Below are positions 24,796 through 39,270 of a stretch of 64,000 nucleotides of DNA, piece by piece. Source of the stretch: Eledone cirrhosa (taxonomy: Eukaryota). The position numbers and the translations under genes were made by a program. The stretch lies in the NCBI GenBank assembly GCA_964016885.1, contig OZ024740.1:101184001-101248000 (forward strand). Reading direction: 5' to 3'. The notes under the pieces were generated by a model. It had not been told where the DNA came from. It saw only the letters and a program-made list of their open reading frames with translations, and made no database searches. Numbering within the stretch: position 1 is the first letter of the stretch; each line of letters opens with the position of its first letter.

Positions 24796-25158
24796 GTCCC
24801 CCACCTACCCCCCACTCTCCTGAGCGTGAATTTAATAAACATTTATTGTACTGCCTCTCTGTTCTGTCCCTGTTCAAATTTTTCATTATATATATATATA
24901 TATATATGTGAATCTGTGTATATATTTGTATGTAAACAAATAGAGTCATTTGTATATGCTATCCCATTATTATTATTATTATCATCATCATTATAGCTAA
25001 TACTATTGCTAATGCTGCTGCTGCTGCTACTACTACTGTTTAACCATAAACACATGTACTTCATCAAAAGTAAAATCCTAACAGACACAAAGTCAGAATA
25101 TTTTTGATTGAGCTAGATACATAAATTCATATACACATACATATGTATATGTGTGCAA

Positions 25159-25208
<50 letters not shown>

Positions 25209-25947
25209 GTGTGTGTGTGTGTGTGTTTGTGTGTGTTTGTGTGTGTGTATGTTTATATATATGTGAGTGTGTATGTATATATATGTATATATATATGAAT
25301 CTGCTTGTAAGCAATTGTATGCCTAAATCTCTCTCTATATATATATATACTTACACACAAACATATATATGCATAAGCATGTACATGTGCATACACACAT
25401 GCACACACAATTTATGCAGTGTTGGTGCAGCTAGTGAGAGTACTGATGCGGATGGTGTAGCAAAGCCTTATCATTGCCTTTGATGCGATGATGGCAACCT
25501 TGTTAATATTCCGAAAGACTTCAGTGCCATTGCAAATAGTAACAACAACAAAAATAGCAATACAACGTCATCATCATCACCAACAACAAAAACAATAACA
25601 TGAACAGCATTAGCTTGTATGAAGTAGATCATAATCAGTTACCACACAAGCTCTATTATCAATAGCTTTTATCATATACATGAAGGCTGGTGGAGTGGAA
25701 TTACATTAGCAATCACTAAAGAAGAAGAGTATGAAGAATATGAATCAAAAGAAGAGGAATGGTCGGTAATATTTGGGTACTTTAAAAGTTTCCTTTCAAA
25801 GGAACTTAACATTTTGACATTTAAAAGAACTTAGCTGAGCATGGATTTTGCTTAAATTGAAATTTACAAGCTGCTATAAAATTATGAAGGCTGTTTGCCC
25901 TATAAGCAATTTAAACAGTAAAATTTATATATATGTATATTAATATA

Positions 25948-25980
<33 letters not shown>

Positions 25981-26023
25981 ACATATATATATGTATATTT
26001 ATATATATATATATATACACACT

Positions 26024-26101
<78 letters not shown>

Positions 26102-26435
26102 TATATATATATAAATACATTGATATATATAGATAAATAGAGATAGATAGTGAAAGAGAGGGAGAGAGATGTAATTGTATGTGAGTATGTGATGTGTATT
26201 TCTCAGCGTATTTTTACTTTTCATTAGTTGATTTAGTTATATATTATGACAATTTCTAATTTAATCTTGGGTAGGGCAAAATCAAATTTATAAAAACATA
26301 ATAATTATAATAACACTAAAAATTATTAATAATAATAATGAAGTGATAATGTCTAAATAAAATTTCATTTGATACATATATTAAATTGTTGTAATTGTGT
26401 CTGTTGTGACTGTTTTTGTTGTAATTATCATCTTT

Positions 26436-26457
26436 ATTATTATCATTATTATTATTA

Positions 26458-26501
<44 letters not shown>

Positions 26502-26537
26502 GTCGTTGTTGTTGTTGTTTTTTGTTGTTGTTGTTCT
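26436..26537. repeat. (ATT)n-(GTT)n compound microsatellite
   Basis: Read directly from the sequence. Confidence 0.95.
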
Positions 26538-28129
26538 TGTAATTATTGATCAATTTCAATGATACAATAAATCTTCTGCAATATTTGTTTGTTATATTAC
26601 ATTACAGCTTTCCATTCCATCAATAATAAGAGAAAATTTGAAATAAATTTATAAACTAAGAATTAATGGATGGTTTTAGGCCTATGTTGTTTATACAAGC
26701 TGACATAAATTACTGCTTAATTCTTGAAACTCAATGGTTTTATAAATATATATGTATGTATATATATGTATATATATATATGTATATGTTTTCTTGTGTA
26801 TATATATACATACACACACATTTATATATATATATATATTTATGTGTGTGTATTTGGGAAAATGGATGGTAAATGATGATATGTATAATGAGGATTGTAT
26901 ATTGATATATAGTAAGTGCCAAGTATCCTTAGAGGAAGCCTACCTCTCAGAGGCTGTGGACTTTAGAGTGCCCCTTCACACCATCAGATGGAATTTAGAA
27001 ATATTATATGGGTCTCACAGCCAGCAAGTTCAAGAAAGGATATACCCCATATGTGTACTCCTTTAGGTTTGAAAGCTAAGAAAATTCCACCTCGTGGTCT
27101 CAATTTATCTGGAGGTTCTAAGATGAAGAGACCCCCCCCCCCTCCTCACCCACACACACATTAAATGGATTATCCTAGACAGTATACAAACTTACCACCC
27201 TGGGAGCCACTGATGCCAAATTTGCCTCCACATGAGTTTGTGCATAATGTATCAATCACTGAAATCCACCAACAGAGAAACTTATGTAATGTTTTGCTGT
27301 CATCAGAGAAAAGCATTGTTGAAAAACACTGCCAAGACTCTCAATTACAAGACCAGATTATCCAGAAACAAATATTTGCAAGATCTCTAGCTTGGTAAAT
27401 TGATGAGTGTTTGGGAGTAACCTTCCCCTTGACATTTGCCTCAACAGAAGTCAGGGAACATCATTCTCACTGGGATATTAATAGCTATGGCATATCCAGT
27501 ATTTCCTGGCCTCACACAAAAGGGATTTGATTTTGGAGTTTTGATTTCTCATCTACCTCAGTTTTGAAATCAGAATGACCTTTCTCCAAAACAGACTGCC
27601 ACCCAAGCTATCTACCTGGAACAATTGGTTTTAAGGAGTCAGTAACTCACCTTTACCCCTTCTCCTTGTCAGTTCCAAACACCTCTGACACAGAGAAGAC
27701 AGGAGCTGGGATTCGATTGTCAGAGTTTTCATGAGATGAAGCTGTTTAGCTGTTTTAGGCATTTCATTAGAGAGTGAATTCTTAGGCCTACTCTGCCCCT
27801 GGTAATGTCAAACTCAGGAGACACACATACTGATATAGATACAGACAGACAGACACACACACACACACACATAAAGAAACTGATGAATGCAATTTGGTGG
27901 TCCTTTTTATCATAGATACATTGTATAAGAAATTCCTTGACTTCTATACCATGAGATGGCCATGACCTCAACACATACTTAGGTATATTCATAAGGACTC
28001 TAGCCACACCCACGTCCCCTATAGCTTTTAAAAACCTCATAAATAATATCAGCAAGAGGGTATCCAACCTTTCTTCTAGCAAAGCCATATTTCATGGGGC
28101 AGCGCCCTTCTACAACTCAACTCTATGCA

Positions 28130-28830
28130 ACAGCGGCTTCTCTGATAGAATCTCTTACTCTCCAGATCATTGCCCTGTATATGGCAAGAAGAAATCTAGA
28201 CATGAAGCTGTCGTGTGGTTTGGGTTACCATTCACTCTTAATGAGAAGACTAATGAAGGTAGACAATTCCTAGCTCTCCTAGATTTTAACTTCCCTGTGG
28301 GCTAAAAATATTGGCAAATATTCAATCACAACACAGTGAAAATAGGCTACTCTTGTAACAAAAGCATGAAATTTCAGAACATAAATAAACACAAAAGGCT
28401 TCTACTGATGCTCATGAAGAAGGCCAGATGCATGCTCCCTGGACCAACAGTGCAGCACTTCAACTGTGATATATGAAGCAGAGGTAAACCAATCAGAACC
28501 ACCAAAATGAAGTCTGGTCTTATGTAGGAATGTCTAAGAGCTGGTTCAGAATCCGTTTCCTGATTCATGGAACAAACTTCAGGCATCCTGACAAAAAACA
28601 TACCCCTCAGATCATGAACCATGTGTGGAACCTCAAAGATAATGGCACAGCATTCACCATTAAATGGAGAATACCTAAAACATCCACTGCCTACATCAAT
28701 GGGTCAAAATTGTAGCTCAGAGAAGTAGAATATTTTTTCACAACTGACTTCAAGGAAACACTGCTTATATATGCAGCTTGACTGCTTTAATTGCTGTCCT
28801 CATGAAGTAAAATTTGTTCTGAAAATGGTC
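28130..28830 (+). pseudogene. Penelope-like element remnant: linker plus GIY-YIG endonuclease
   Basis: KTNEGRQFLALLDFNFPVG*KYWQIFNHNTVKIGYSC.. then YVGMSKSWFRIRFLIH..FRH..HVWNLKD....IKWRI....Y..G, ending CCPHEVKFVL. Confidence 0.85.
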
Positions 28831-28989
28831 TAGACCAGATTAATTTAATCTATTTTTTCGACTTTTCAATTTAACCCCTGGTCTCTATGTGAAACACAAG
28901 TTGCCTTCCTTGTTTCTATTTTATAGTTACCTTCCTTTTTATTTACAATATAGGATAAATTTGGGATTACCTGATATATATATATCTAT

Positions 28990-29024
<35 letters not shown>

Positions 29025-29032
<8 letters not shown>

Positions 29033-29363
29033 ATACTTGGGGAAGGTCATATTGTTGTAATAATATTGCCAGAAATAATAACAGAACACACTCACTGTTT
29101 GGTTGGTTTTCGCTTCTGTATCGTTTTTGTTAGACTATATATATGTGTTTATATCTATATTATATCTATATTATATCTATATTATATCTGTATTTTTGAC
29201 TGTTGGTCAGTCAATGGTGAACATTGAGGACCGAATGAATTAATTGTGGAGATATAAAGAAAAAAGATACAGTAACGAAAACCAACCAAACAGTGAGTGT
29301 GTTCTGTTATTATTTCTGGCAATATTATTACAACAATATGACCCTCCTCAAATATAACAATAT
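29025..29363. repeat. Inverted repeat with about 105 bp arms, probably inverted Penelope-like pseudo-LTR pieces
   Basis: 29025-29131 pairs with 29256-29363; bounded by (TA)n; next to the GIY-YIG remnant. Confidence 0.7.
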
Positions 29364-30932
29364 TTGTTTCGACACACGATTTCATATCAAAAACCTCACA
29401 AAACAAATTCATTACCGTTATATATATATATATTGATTTATACAAAAGGCAGGTATATAACCCCACTTTCACTCATAGTTCTGTCAGCTCAGATCTATGT
29501 GTCATACATTGTGACTTACAGAAACTGAGTAAATGCAAAAATACATGACATAAAACTCATTAAATGCTGTGACGCAGCTAGTCCTCCAGAAGAGACTGTA
29601 TTTAGAGGACTCACAGGAGCTGCTGAGCAACTCCAATTGGTTGGTCTTACCAAAACATCTAACTGATCTAGATCAAAATAATGGGCAGAAAATAATTGTA
29701 ATCATCTGAATAGCAGCTGATAGATTATGATGATGATGATGATGGTGATAATAGTGATAATAGTTTGCAGTGTTAATTTCTGAATAGGATGCACTATTTG
29801 TGTTGATATGTCCATGTTATATATAATCTGTGATTAATATAACTAGTTGTATTGTGTTTGTTTGTTGTTTTTTTGTGTGTAGTGTTCTATATAAGATAAT
29901 TGTGTTATCAACAAATATTTTCCCTTCTAGTCTAGTTTTGTGTTATGTAGTATGTGATGTCATGGCTTCTTGAAAATGCAAGACGACCATCAATAAAGTG
30001 TGGCAATTATATGGCCTATGTTACTGCCAGAATGATGAAGCATACTTACAATTTTTATGTTTGCATCTACATTTATAAATTACATGAGTCTTCGAAAATT
30101 TATTTAGCAGCTTTCTAGAGACAGTCAGATAATAGTGATTACCAGTGAGATATTTCTGCATTCCTGTGGTATTCACACTCAATAAAAACGGTCATAATAA
30201 ATGCTACTAAAATAATGTCATCCTCATCCATATGACCAATATCTTGAAATATCGATAGACCTAGGAAATTTATTGTTCTAAACTAAGCATAAAGTAATAA
30301 TAAGGAAATATGAAAAGTTCTAAACAAACCAAAAACAAATTTAAACTGGAGCATAATGATTTTCTCTGTAAGTAAAAGTAAATGCATCTCCGTCTGTTTC
30401 GATGATGATTAACTGAACCACCTGTGTTTTGAATTAACCTGTATATGGCTGAATATTCCACATATCTATACTTCATGTAATCCTCAAGCTGAATCAGTGA
30501 GACACAATACTTAACAATGCTGGATCTTTGAATTACTTGTAGAATACATTGGACAAACATCTATGCAGTTTCTTTTGAGCTATTTACAAGATTTGGGTTG
30601 TTCTGAAGCTATAAGATACATGCACAAGATGCCACAGAGTGATATCAAAGCTAGGATTTGATTATTGTGAAGCAAACTTATAAACCATTTGGTTATGTTG
30701 TATCCAAGACAAACACAGACATATACACATGTATAACTTTATAGCACCCATCGATTCTGTCATGTGTTGGATGGGTTGTCATATTCTGAGATCAGACAAG
30801 ATAGACAGACCTCATCTTGCTCTTACATTCCAAATTTGATATGATTTCTATGGCTGGATGTTCTACTTAACACCAGCCACCTCAGAGATGGAGTACAGCA
30901 ATAACTCCACTTCACATGTGTGTTTGCTTCAA

Positions 30933-31040
<108 letters not shown>

Positions 31041-31132
31041 TCGCTTTTACTCTTTCTACTGATTTCCATCATTCCACTGCAGTCATGCTAGGAAAGAACC
31101 TTCAATTATTTAGTTGATCATATTTAGTTGAT

Positions 31133-31316
31133 CGGTGGAGTGGCAGTATCGGTAGAGGGTCGGACGCCATGCTTTCCAGCATAGTTATGTCCCTTTACGA
31201 TCTGAGTTCAAATCCCGTCGAGGGTGACTTTGCCTTTCATCCTTACAGGGTCGATAAAATAAAGTACCAGTAATGCACTGGGTAATTGCTGGCCTTGTGC
31301 CTAAAGTAGAAACAAT
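31133..31316 (+). mobile_element. SINE S2 with 24-bp TSD
   Basis: CAATTATTTAGTTGATCATATTTA at 31103-31126 and 31313-31336. Confidence 0.92.
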
Positions 31317-31360
31317 TATTTAGTTGATCATATTTACTTCAGTACTTATTTTCTATTTAG

Positions 31361-31414
31361 TGGCACTCAACGTTGTGGTTTTTGAGATGCAATTTGATAC
31401 ATTAGTTTGCACAG
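31361..31414 (+). other. Candidate 54-nt exon
   Basis: Acceptor ttattttctatttag, donor CAG|gtaagc; one open frame ALNVVVFEMQFDTLVCT; no homology recognised. Confidence 0.25.
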
Positions 31415-33009
31415 GTAAGCCTAAACAGATATAGATACACATAAATATCATAACCATCATCATCATTCTTACATACATTTTTCCATTGATTCATAGTTTG
31501 AGCAAGTCTTTTACAGCACAGCTTCTCATTATATGTTGAATATCATTGTTGCCTCCTTCGTTAAATTCAGGACTCTGAGATCTGCTTTCACTAGTTCTAA
31601 TGATGTTTACTTCTTCTGCCTCTTTCTTCATCTTGGATCTCCTGACACTTCCTTACCCAGTTGTTTTCCTCCATATACAATATGTCTGTACCAGCATACT
31701 CTTCTCTGAGGCATACTAAATCAGATATTTCTTGTAATGAGTTTTTCTCTCAAATTACTTGTGCTCTGATTTTCATGCACACTAATATTATACATTTGTC
31801 CATCCAACATACCAAACAATATGATCAAACTCAGAACCATGCAAATGTGAAACATCTTTTAATGATTTGGGGCTGAGAGTTAGGTCCTGTGGTCAAACTT
31901 GCAGGCCCTCTAAAATGTTTGTTGTTATTACTGATTATTTCTAAGACAATAGTCTGTGACCTTGGAACTAGCTAGTTACCTATTACCTCCACTCAGATCC
32001 TCCTCTTAGCATTCATACATCCATGAAAGCTCTGCGATAATTACTAAGTTAGCTCTTTCCAGCCAAGAACGTCAATCTTCTGGAATTCCCTCTCTGCTCA
32101 CATTAATTACGAATGGCTAAACGCAGATGTTGGCCATATCAATTTCACCTGTCATAGAGGACCTGTTAACATCTTGAGCATTGCCCCTCCCTCATGGAAA
32201 TGTCAAAAGAAAATGATGTAGTAGTCAACATAAAATATAATATAATTTATAGAAAGCACAGTCCTGAAAATATGAAATATAGGCAAAACAAACCATAATT
32301 GAAAGGATAGAAAAAATGTGTGTACAACAGCAGAAATTAGTTGTCTAACATATACTAATAGTATTCGTGCTGATGATGATAAAGGTTTAAAAACAAATAA
32401 ATAGTATTGGATTTCCACAAATATCCTTATTAAGACACAAGGCTATTTATTGATTGATTTTGATGAGGAGGTTATCTTTTGATGGTGAGAGCTGATCTAA
32501 GATCACTGAAGCTCACAGAGGAGATGACGAAGGGCCATAACAAATGGAGAGATGCTGTGCTGAAGAGGACCAGTCCCACCTTTACAAGCAGGGAAAAGCG
32601 GACATAAATGATGAGGATGATGATGATGATGAGATGATGAGGTTGATGAACTAAATCAAGAACACAAGAGAAACTTCGAATAATTTTATCCGAGATTGAA
32701 GAGCAAGAATATCAACTCTGGGAATTTTTGAACTCAAATAATCCTTACTAAATAGCAAAATAACTTATCTCTATTATTGTTATCACCATCAAGATCATTG
32801 CTATTGTCATCATAATTATTATCTTCATGGATTTAACAGGCAATAATCACAATCAATGTTTCTTTCCACACATACAATCACACTCACACATGCATATAAG
32901 AACATACACATTAACAATCAAACAGACATAAACATACATACACTATTACACACCAACAAGCACACAGATATTAACATAGATATGATATTACTCTCAAACT
33001 CTAAATTGG

Positions 33010-33445
33010 GCAATGAGGTAGACTCTACAGAGTCACTCATGCTGCTTGAAAAAGCAGCCATATGCCCCTTAAAGTATACATTCTCATTTTAAAAATTAGA
33101 TATATTTGTTCTAAATGCACTATATCTGAATAACAGATGAGATGGTTATGGCTAGAACACATTTCATCACAAGTTTCATCAATAAGAGCTGACCTTGGGT
33201 TAAAAAACATCTATATATGCATGATGAACAAATGAGCAGAAATTACATGTGGTCATTTGACCTGCTAGAAATAGCAGCGAAATACACCTTAAACTCTACC
33301 ATACTATCTTATAAAAAACAACACTTTGGACTATGTAGTCCCTATTATACAAAATATTAAACAAATAAAAGCAAGAGGACAACTAGACCATTTTCGATCA
33401 TAGGTCTGTTCAATCAATTTTGGCCAGTGGCTAAACAACTACAAC
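33010..33445 (+). repeat. Two tandem copies of an old interspersed repeat ending GGGCTAAACAACAAC
   Basis: GCTAGAAATAGCAGCCAAATC-type motif recurs near 11900, 17920, 20510, 34760, 49980, 53000, 54630(-), 57750. Confidence 0.7.
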
Positions 33446-35069
33446 TGTGCAAAGGTACAAACTAACTATTGCAACACATAAGTACATACAACCATAATTA
33501 TACACATTCACACATCCATACAATATATACATAGATGTTGTCTTTTACCTCTCAAAGCCATCATTGATACAAATGAAACTTCTATTTTATTACTATCAAT
33601 CCTGTGTATCTTTGCATATCACTCTCATAGACTCTTCTTCAATTTATGACTGCTAACCTACAGTGTGGGAGGATTTTGAGAGGCCCATTCAATGCTACTG
33701 ATAACCAGCTGTGCTACTTTCAAGGATCAAAGTGGTGGCCTCTTCTTCCCCCTAGCAACACTAAAATGTGAATTACATCAAATAATGAATCATTTGTACA
33801 TTATTAAATCTGTTGCATTGCCGTGGGCTCAGTCTTAGGATTCACTTATACCATATTCTTCAAAATAATGACTTAATTTTGCTCCAGGCATTCCTTTTAA
33901 CAGCAGCCATGTCTCTTATAATGTAAAACATTATTTTCTGACCAAATAATAAGACAGTACATGTGTGAGATATCAATTATCTCAACCAAGGCTCATTTTT
34001 TTTTCCCCTGATCTTAACCCAAGCCCATTGTTTTGTTTTGTTTTTGTTTTATCTTCTTCAGATTTCTTAACATTCTTGTTAATGTTCTCTTAAGCTTTAA
34101 TAGTAACCCTCTTACTAACACTTGTTCTCTTTGTCGTCTCTCCCTTTACATCCTCTCCCTTTGTCTCAGCTTCATATTTTATTCTTCATTATTCAAATTC
34201 ATTTTTTTTTCTCACTCTCTGCACATCCAATGTATTTAGCCAGCACCACTAATAATCAAAGGCAGTAGATTTGGCAGAGGAGATAATGTGTTGGATATCT
34301 GTTCCATGTCTCTACATTGAGTTTAACTCCTGCTCCTCCTGAGTTTCATTATGTCTATCATACTTTTAGAGCCAATAAAGAAAATACTAGCCAAATGCTG
34401 GAACAACTATCTTGCCATCCAGCTGTCACATCCTGGCTGTTCTGATGGATTAAGAGAGTTTCCTCATGACTGCAGGAGAACCTAAAACATTATTGAAAGC
34501 AAAATACATACTATCATCTCATACACAATTCTGAGTGTTGACTGTAGTTTAGATTTTTGCTAATAAATAGCTCATCTCTATTTCTATCTAAAGTTTTTTT
34601 GTTCAAAACATTAGACTTCCTCTTTTCTTCTTTACAGCAGAATAATTTATTCCATTTTTAATACTTAGTATTTGCCAAACCAGACAATCAACAATTTCCT
34701 TGGATTCCACTGTTTTTCTAACGTAAATAATTGCTGAAACCTCTATATGGTCACTCAGCATGTTAGAAACAGCAACCAAATCTCAAATTACACACACACA
34801 GAAAATAGAATAGTTCTCTGTAATGAAATGGACATTGTTGAAATGTCTTTGATCATGGGTTGACACAATTTGAGCTGAACTAGGGTTAGACAACAACGGC
34901 AATAAGGAAATTTTTACATGCTCAACCTCCACCATACTCATGTAGTAAGGAATTCTCAGGAGAAGCTGGACAGCAGGTCTTCAGAGATATTATTTCAAAT
35001 AATTATTAAATACTTCATCTGATATAATATTCATCTGCTTTGATGTTTTTTATTGGCATTAAATCAAAA

Positions 35070-35256
35070 GGCGGTGGATTGGCAGTATCGGTAGAGGGTC
35101 GGACGCCATGCTTTCCAGCATAGTTACGTCCCTTTACGATCTGAGTTCAAATCCTGCCGAGGTTGACTTTGCCTTTCATCCTTACGGGGTCGATAAAATA
35201 AAGTACCAGTAATGTACTGGGTAATTGCTGGCCTTGTGCCTAAAGTAGAAACAATT
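35070..35256 (+). mobile_element. SINE S2 with 14-bp TSD
   Basis: ATTAAATCAAAAGG at 35058-35071 and 35254-35267. Confidence 0.92.
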
Positions 35257-35411
35257 AAATCAAAAGGATTGATTGTGTTGTGTCATCATGAGGGTTAACA
35301 AAACTGACAAAATTCCTACGGTGATTCATAATGGCCAAATACATGTGATAATATCAATATATATTTAAAGCTAAGGAACAAAAATATTATTAATAATCCC
35401 TTCTAATTTAA

Positions 35412-35619
35412 CCATTTAGCACTTGAACCAGCCATATCTGGACATAATTTTCTTACCTATTTCTGTTTAAACCTACAATAACTGGGTGCTCATACTTATG
35501 TTAATGTATTGTTCTCAAAATAAATAATATCAAAATCTCGTAGATTCAATGTTATGTGAGATAAAGTGTTTACGATGAAAATATAATAGAATATATAGAG
35601 TAATGTAAATGCTAAAGGG
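35412..35619. mobile_element. piggyBac-like MITE, family P1
   Basis: TTAA-CCATTTAGCA...TGCTAAAGGG-TTAA; second copy at 63210-63425. Confidence 0.8.
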
Positions 35620-36371
35620 TTAAGTACAAGGCTAGCAAATTTGGGTGAGGGGTTGGTGCATAATGTCCATCCCAGTACTTGATTGGTACTTTATCTTTTC
35701 AGCCCTGAAAGGATGAAAAGCAAAATTTGAACTCAGAACATAAAGAACTGCAACAAATTCCATAAAACATGTTTTCTGAATTTCAAACAATTCTGCCAAT
35801 ACACTGCTTTACAATATTGCATAATAATGAAAGTATTTAAAGAACGAAGGTTTTGTTAATGAAAGCATTTTGTAATTTCATATGCTAATTTCTGATATCA
35901 CTGAAATTTTAATTAAATTCAAATTTAGTAACAATGAGACATAAATACCAGCATTTCTCTTCTTTTAATTTCTAATTTTTTTAAAAGAATTTATAAATTT
36001 TTATATGCCTTGTTAATTTCTATTATGGTAATAATTTCCAAATGGTTTTGTGAATTTTTCTGGAATTGGTGATGATCTATGCCTGTAAAAATTAATCAAT
36101 ATAATGTTGAGAGGAATAGAAAAATACTCCTACCCAATACATAAAATATTTACAGTGATACTAAACATATTGTATATGGTTTCATAAATGCCTTTATAAA
36201 GTAATTTGTCAAATTACAAAAAGAAAAACAAAAAAAAAAACAATAAGATTAATAATGCAGGAGAAAACTGGGAACTAATTAAAGACTTAAAACAAATTAA
36301 TGGTTAACTCATGCTATTATTGTTAGTTTTTTTGTATTGTAGTTTGATATACAAGGTACTTTGTCTCTAAG

Positions 36372-36610
36372 AACTTCTTCATCTTCTTCTGCTTTGTCCA
36401 CTTATTACTGAGAGGGTTGTAGGGGCAGAGTCCTCAAACAGTCCCTCCAACGAGTCCTGTCAGAAACAACCATCTCCAACAGATCTGGCTGGATCTCCAA
36501 GCATGACCAGCCAAACTCATGGATGTTATCCAACCATCTTGCTTAAGGTCTACCCCTGGGTCTCCTACCTGTTGGTTTCGCCTGTAAAATCTGTCCAGTG
36601 ATTCTTTCCT
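36372..36610 (-). mobile_element. 3' end of an Expander/Rex3-like RTE
   Basis: Minus strand reads QILQAKPTGRRPRGRP*ARWLDNI..GWS.LEI..VVSDRTRWRDCLRTLP; (GAA)n tail; older relative near 17430-17700(+). Confidence 0.8.
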
Positions 36611-36749
36611 AAAAACTTATTGTAGATCTAATTTTTGTAACAAGCTGTCTGTGGTATAAAGTAAGGCTCTAACCTGCTGAGTGTTTAAAGTTTCAACAGT
36701 CTCTTTTATTCAAATGTTATGTCATGCCTTCTCTGACTTTAGGGTCTGT

Positions 36750-37440
36750 CTGCTTCATGGTTTTGGCCAACAAGACAGAGAAGACATTGTCCCAGAGGAT
36801 GGCGAGGGAGACGTGCTGGAACAGCCTCTTCATCTTGCACCTGTGGCCAGCCAATTCTGCTACGACAGCAGTGAGCAAGGACGTGGTCTAAGAGCCAAGA
36901 ATGCCAGAAGTCTCCTCTACTACAGGTTCAACCACAAACCTGTCAGAGAGCAGGACTGTTTGTCTTCTTCAGTCTAGTGGGCAGCGAAGCATGGGCTGGT
37001 AGTCAAATGTACCAGGCTACTACTAAAGAAGGTGTCACAACATGTATCTTACCCCAGATGAGGGACTTGCCCCCATGGAATGGGAAGATTGTCATGTTGT
37101 CTGGCCTTTTGCCATTCCCTCAGTTCAGCTATGCTGGCTTGAACTGGGAAGGGAAGCCTATGCCATCCAAACCATGCTATATGAACTCATTGAAAGCATC
37201 ATGGCATGAGAGGCAACCAGCACTATAATGGCATGACAGTGGATGGAGTCCCAAAGAATCCAGAGTTGAACTGCAGCAGCATTTATGAGGCTCGCAGATC
37301 TGGAGGCTGAGCTTCAGGGAAACACCAATGCTCAAGCTGTTGTTGTCCAGCTGAGTGCCAGCCACAAGTAATGGTACAATGTTAGACACCACTGCTGTGT
37401 TGGGTGGTTGAACAAAAACATGCTAGATGGTTCTGGCTGA
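36750..37440 (-). pseudogene. CRE-like non-LTR retrotransposon C-terminus (Zn knuckle plus RLE endonuclease), decayed
   Basis: GTQLDNNSLSIGVSLKL..CEPHKCCC...LGLHPLSC..SAG..HDAFN..GKRPDNMTIFPF..GKSLIW..DTF..EPV.EETSGILG..LFQHVSLAIL. Confidence 0.85.
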
Positions 37441-38116
37441 GCTGGCACATTAGTTTAAAAGTTAGACTGCATGTTCTATGTGCATCTGTTGTCTTTTTAA
37501 ATACCATAGCATAGATGCATACAAGTGTTTTAAGGTTATTTTCCCTGCTTTCATACAGTTTTCACCTAACATATTTCCCTCAGTTGTCACATAGCCTGTG
37601 ACAAAAGATACTTGCCATGGTAATGCACAGTGGAAGCAAACCCGAAACCTTGTAGTTGTGAAGCAAACAACTTAACCATACAGTGATACCCTGTCTGTGT
37701 TTGTGTATAGCAGTGTAAATTAATGCATTGAGTAACAGTAAATAGAGATCAATAAAATTAGAATTCCTATTTGACATATATTTTTCCATGCTTGAATGGG
37801 CTGGACAAAGTCCAGAGCTTATCCCAGTTTTATTGGCAGGAAGCAACTGAGAGTACAAGATTCTAACCTAACTGCCACAGGTATTCATTTTCAGGTTAGT
37901 GAACAGGATTAATGCAAAATGAAATGCCTTGTTCAAGGAAATAATGCATTACCTAGTCTGGGTATCAAACATCTTAACCATTAGACAATGCACCTTGATT
38001 AAATTCTTGAGTAGATTTGGTAAGGGTCCTCCAGCATAGTTGCAGTCCAAAGAATGAAACTAGTAAAATAATAAAAGAATGGACAAGTAGAATTTCTGTG
38101 TATGTGTATTTGTATT

Positions 38117-38125
<9 letters not shown>

Positions 38126-38171
<46 letters not shown>
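38126..38171. repeat. (AG)n microsatellite
   Basis: Read directly from the sequence. Confidence 0.97.
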
Positions 38172-38176
<5 letters not shown>

Positions 38177-39100
38177 TAAATGTTACTTTACAGTGCCTAA
38201 GAGTTATATTAAAAAGTTGAAAGATCATTCACTATTAATTCATACCTATTTCTAAAGTTGCAGCCTGAGTCATCTCAAATGACCATCACACTAATGTGTA
38301 ACAAGTTGCAAATAAACATTACTGAACATGTTTCTAGACATGATTCTGATGTTAAGTATATAAAACTATATATATGGAATGATTTAATAGCCAAGAACAA
38401 ACCAGGCAACTGGTATTTGAGGAATTAAAACAATTTCTAAATGGAAATCTAAATTCTCAGTTTATTATATATTTTTACTATAACCCTACAGAGGCTAGAA
38501 AAGAATTGAAGTTTGACAGAGGTTTTCATGTTGTAGAGTTTTATTACTCTCTGTCTTATTTACAGGGAAAATCTTGGCTGCATCTTTTTAAATATGATTA
38601 GTACTGTTGCTGGACTAACTTCTATTAAGGCACAGCACAGCATGACATAATGGACATAACACTAGATTTCAGAGCTCGAGATATGTAAACTGCCAATTGG
38701 AAAATTGATAGGAATTTGCTATATCATTACTACCATTTATAGATATCTAATGCATTTCAGGCAGCACTGTTGAAATTGTGATTCATAGTAGTAAATTTCA
38801 TATGACCAGTAAGTTACATGTTTCCCAGGTTACAACCTGACTTAATAAAAACAGAAATAACAGTGATAATTATATGAATAACAACATTTTTTTCCTATTG
38901 CGTATAAAGCCACCCAGATCTATGGAAAGAGGAATTTGTGAGGTTCATAAATTATATAAGTGGAGTTGCATCAACTAATGGGATTTAAAGCTGAAGCAGA
39001 ATATGCATATACACATTATTATAATGTTCCATTATGTAACACTCTATCTTACTCATTATATGACATATATACACACATGTGTGAGTATGTATGTCTATAA

Positions 39101-39158
<58 letters not shown>

Positions 39159-39270
39159 TTATTTGACATCAATTTTCCATGATGGCTTAGATATATGTAT
39201 AATCATCATAATTATCCATATGCATCACAAGTACAAGCACAATCACAAGTACATATCCATATTCAACAGT

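Noticed and set aside
25681-25835. Acidic open frame ITKEEEYEEYESKEEEW
   Set aside because: Best explained as a decayed (GAA)n repeat; no start codon or splice context
29340-29420. Possible fourth hammerhead on the minus strand (..GTGTC-GAAAC-AAATATT-GTT)
   Set aside because: No CUGANGA or UUGANAA core at the right position
30270-30560. 96-aa minus-strand ORF
   Set aside because: No recognisable domain, and composition typical of AT-rich non-coding DNA
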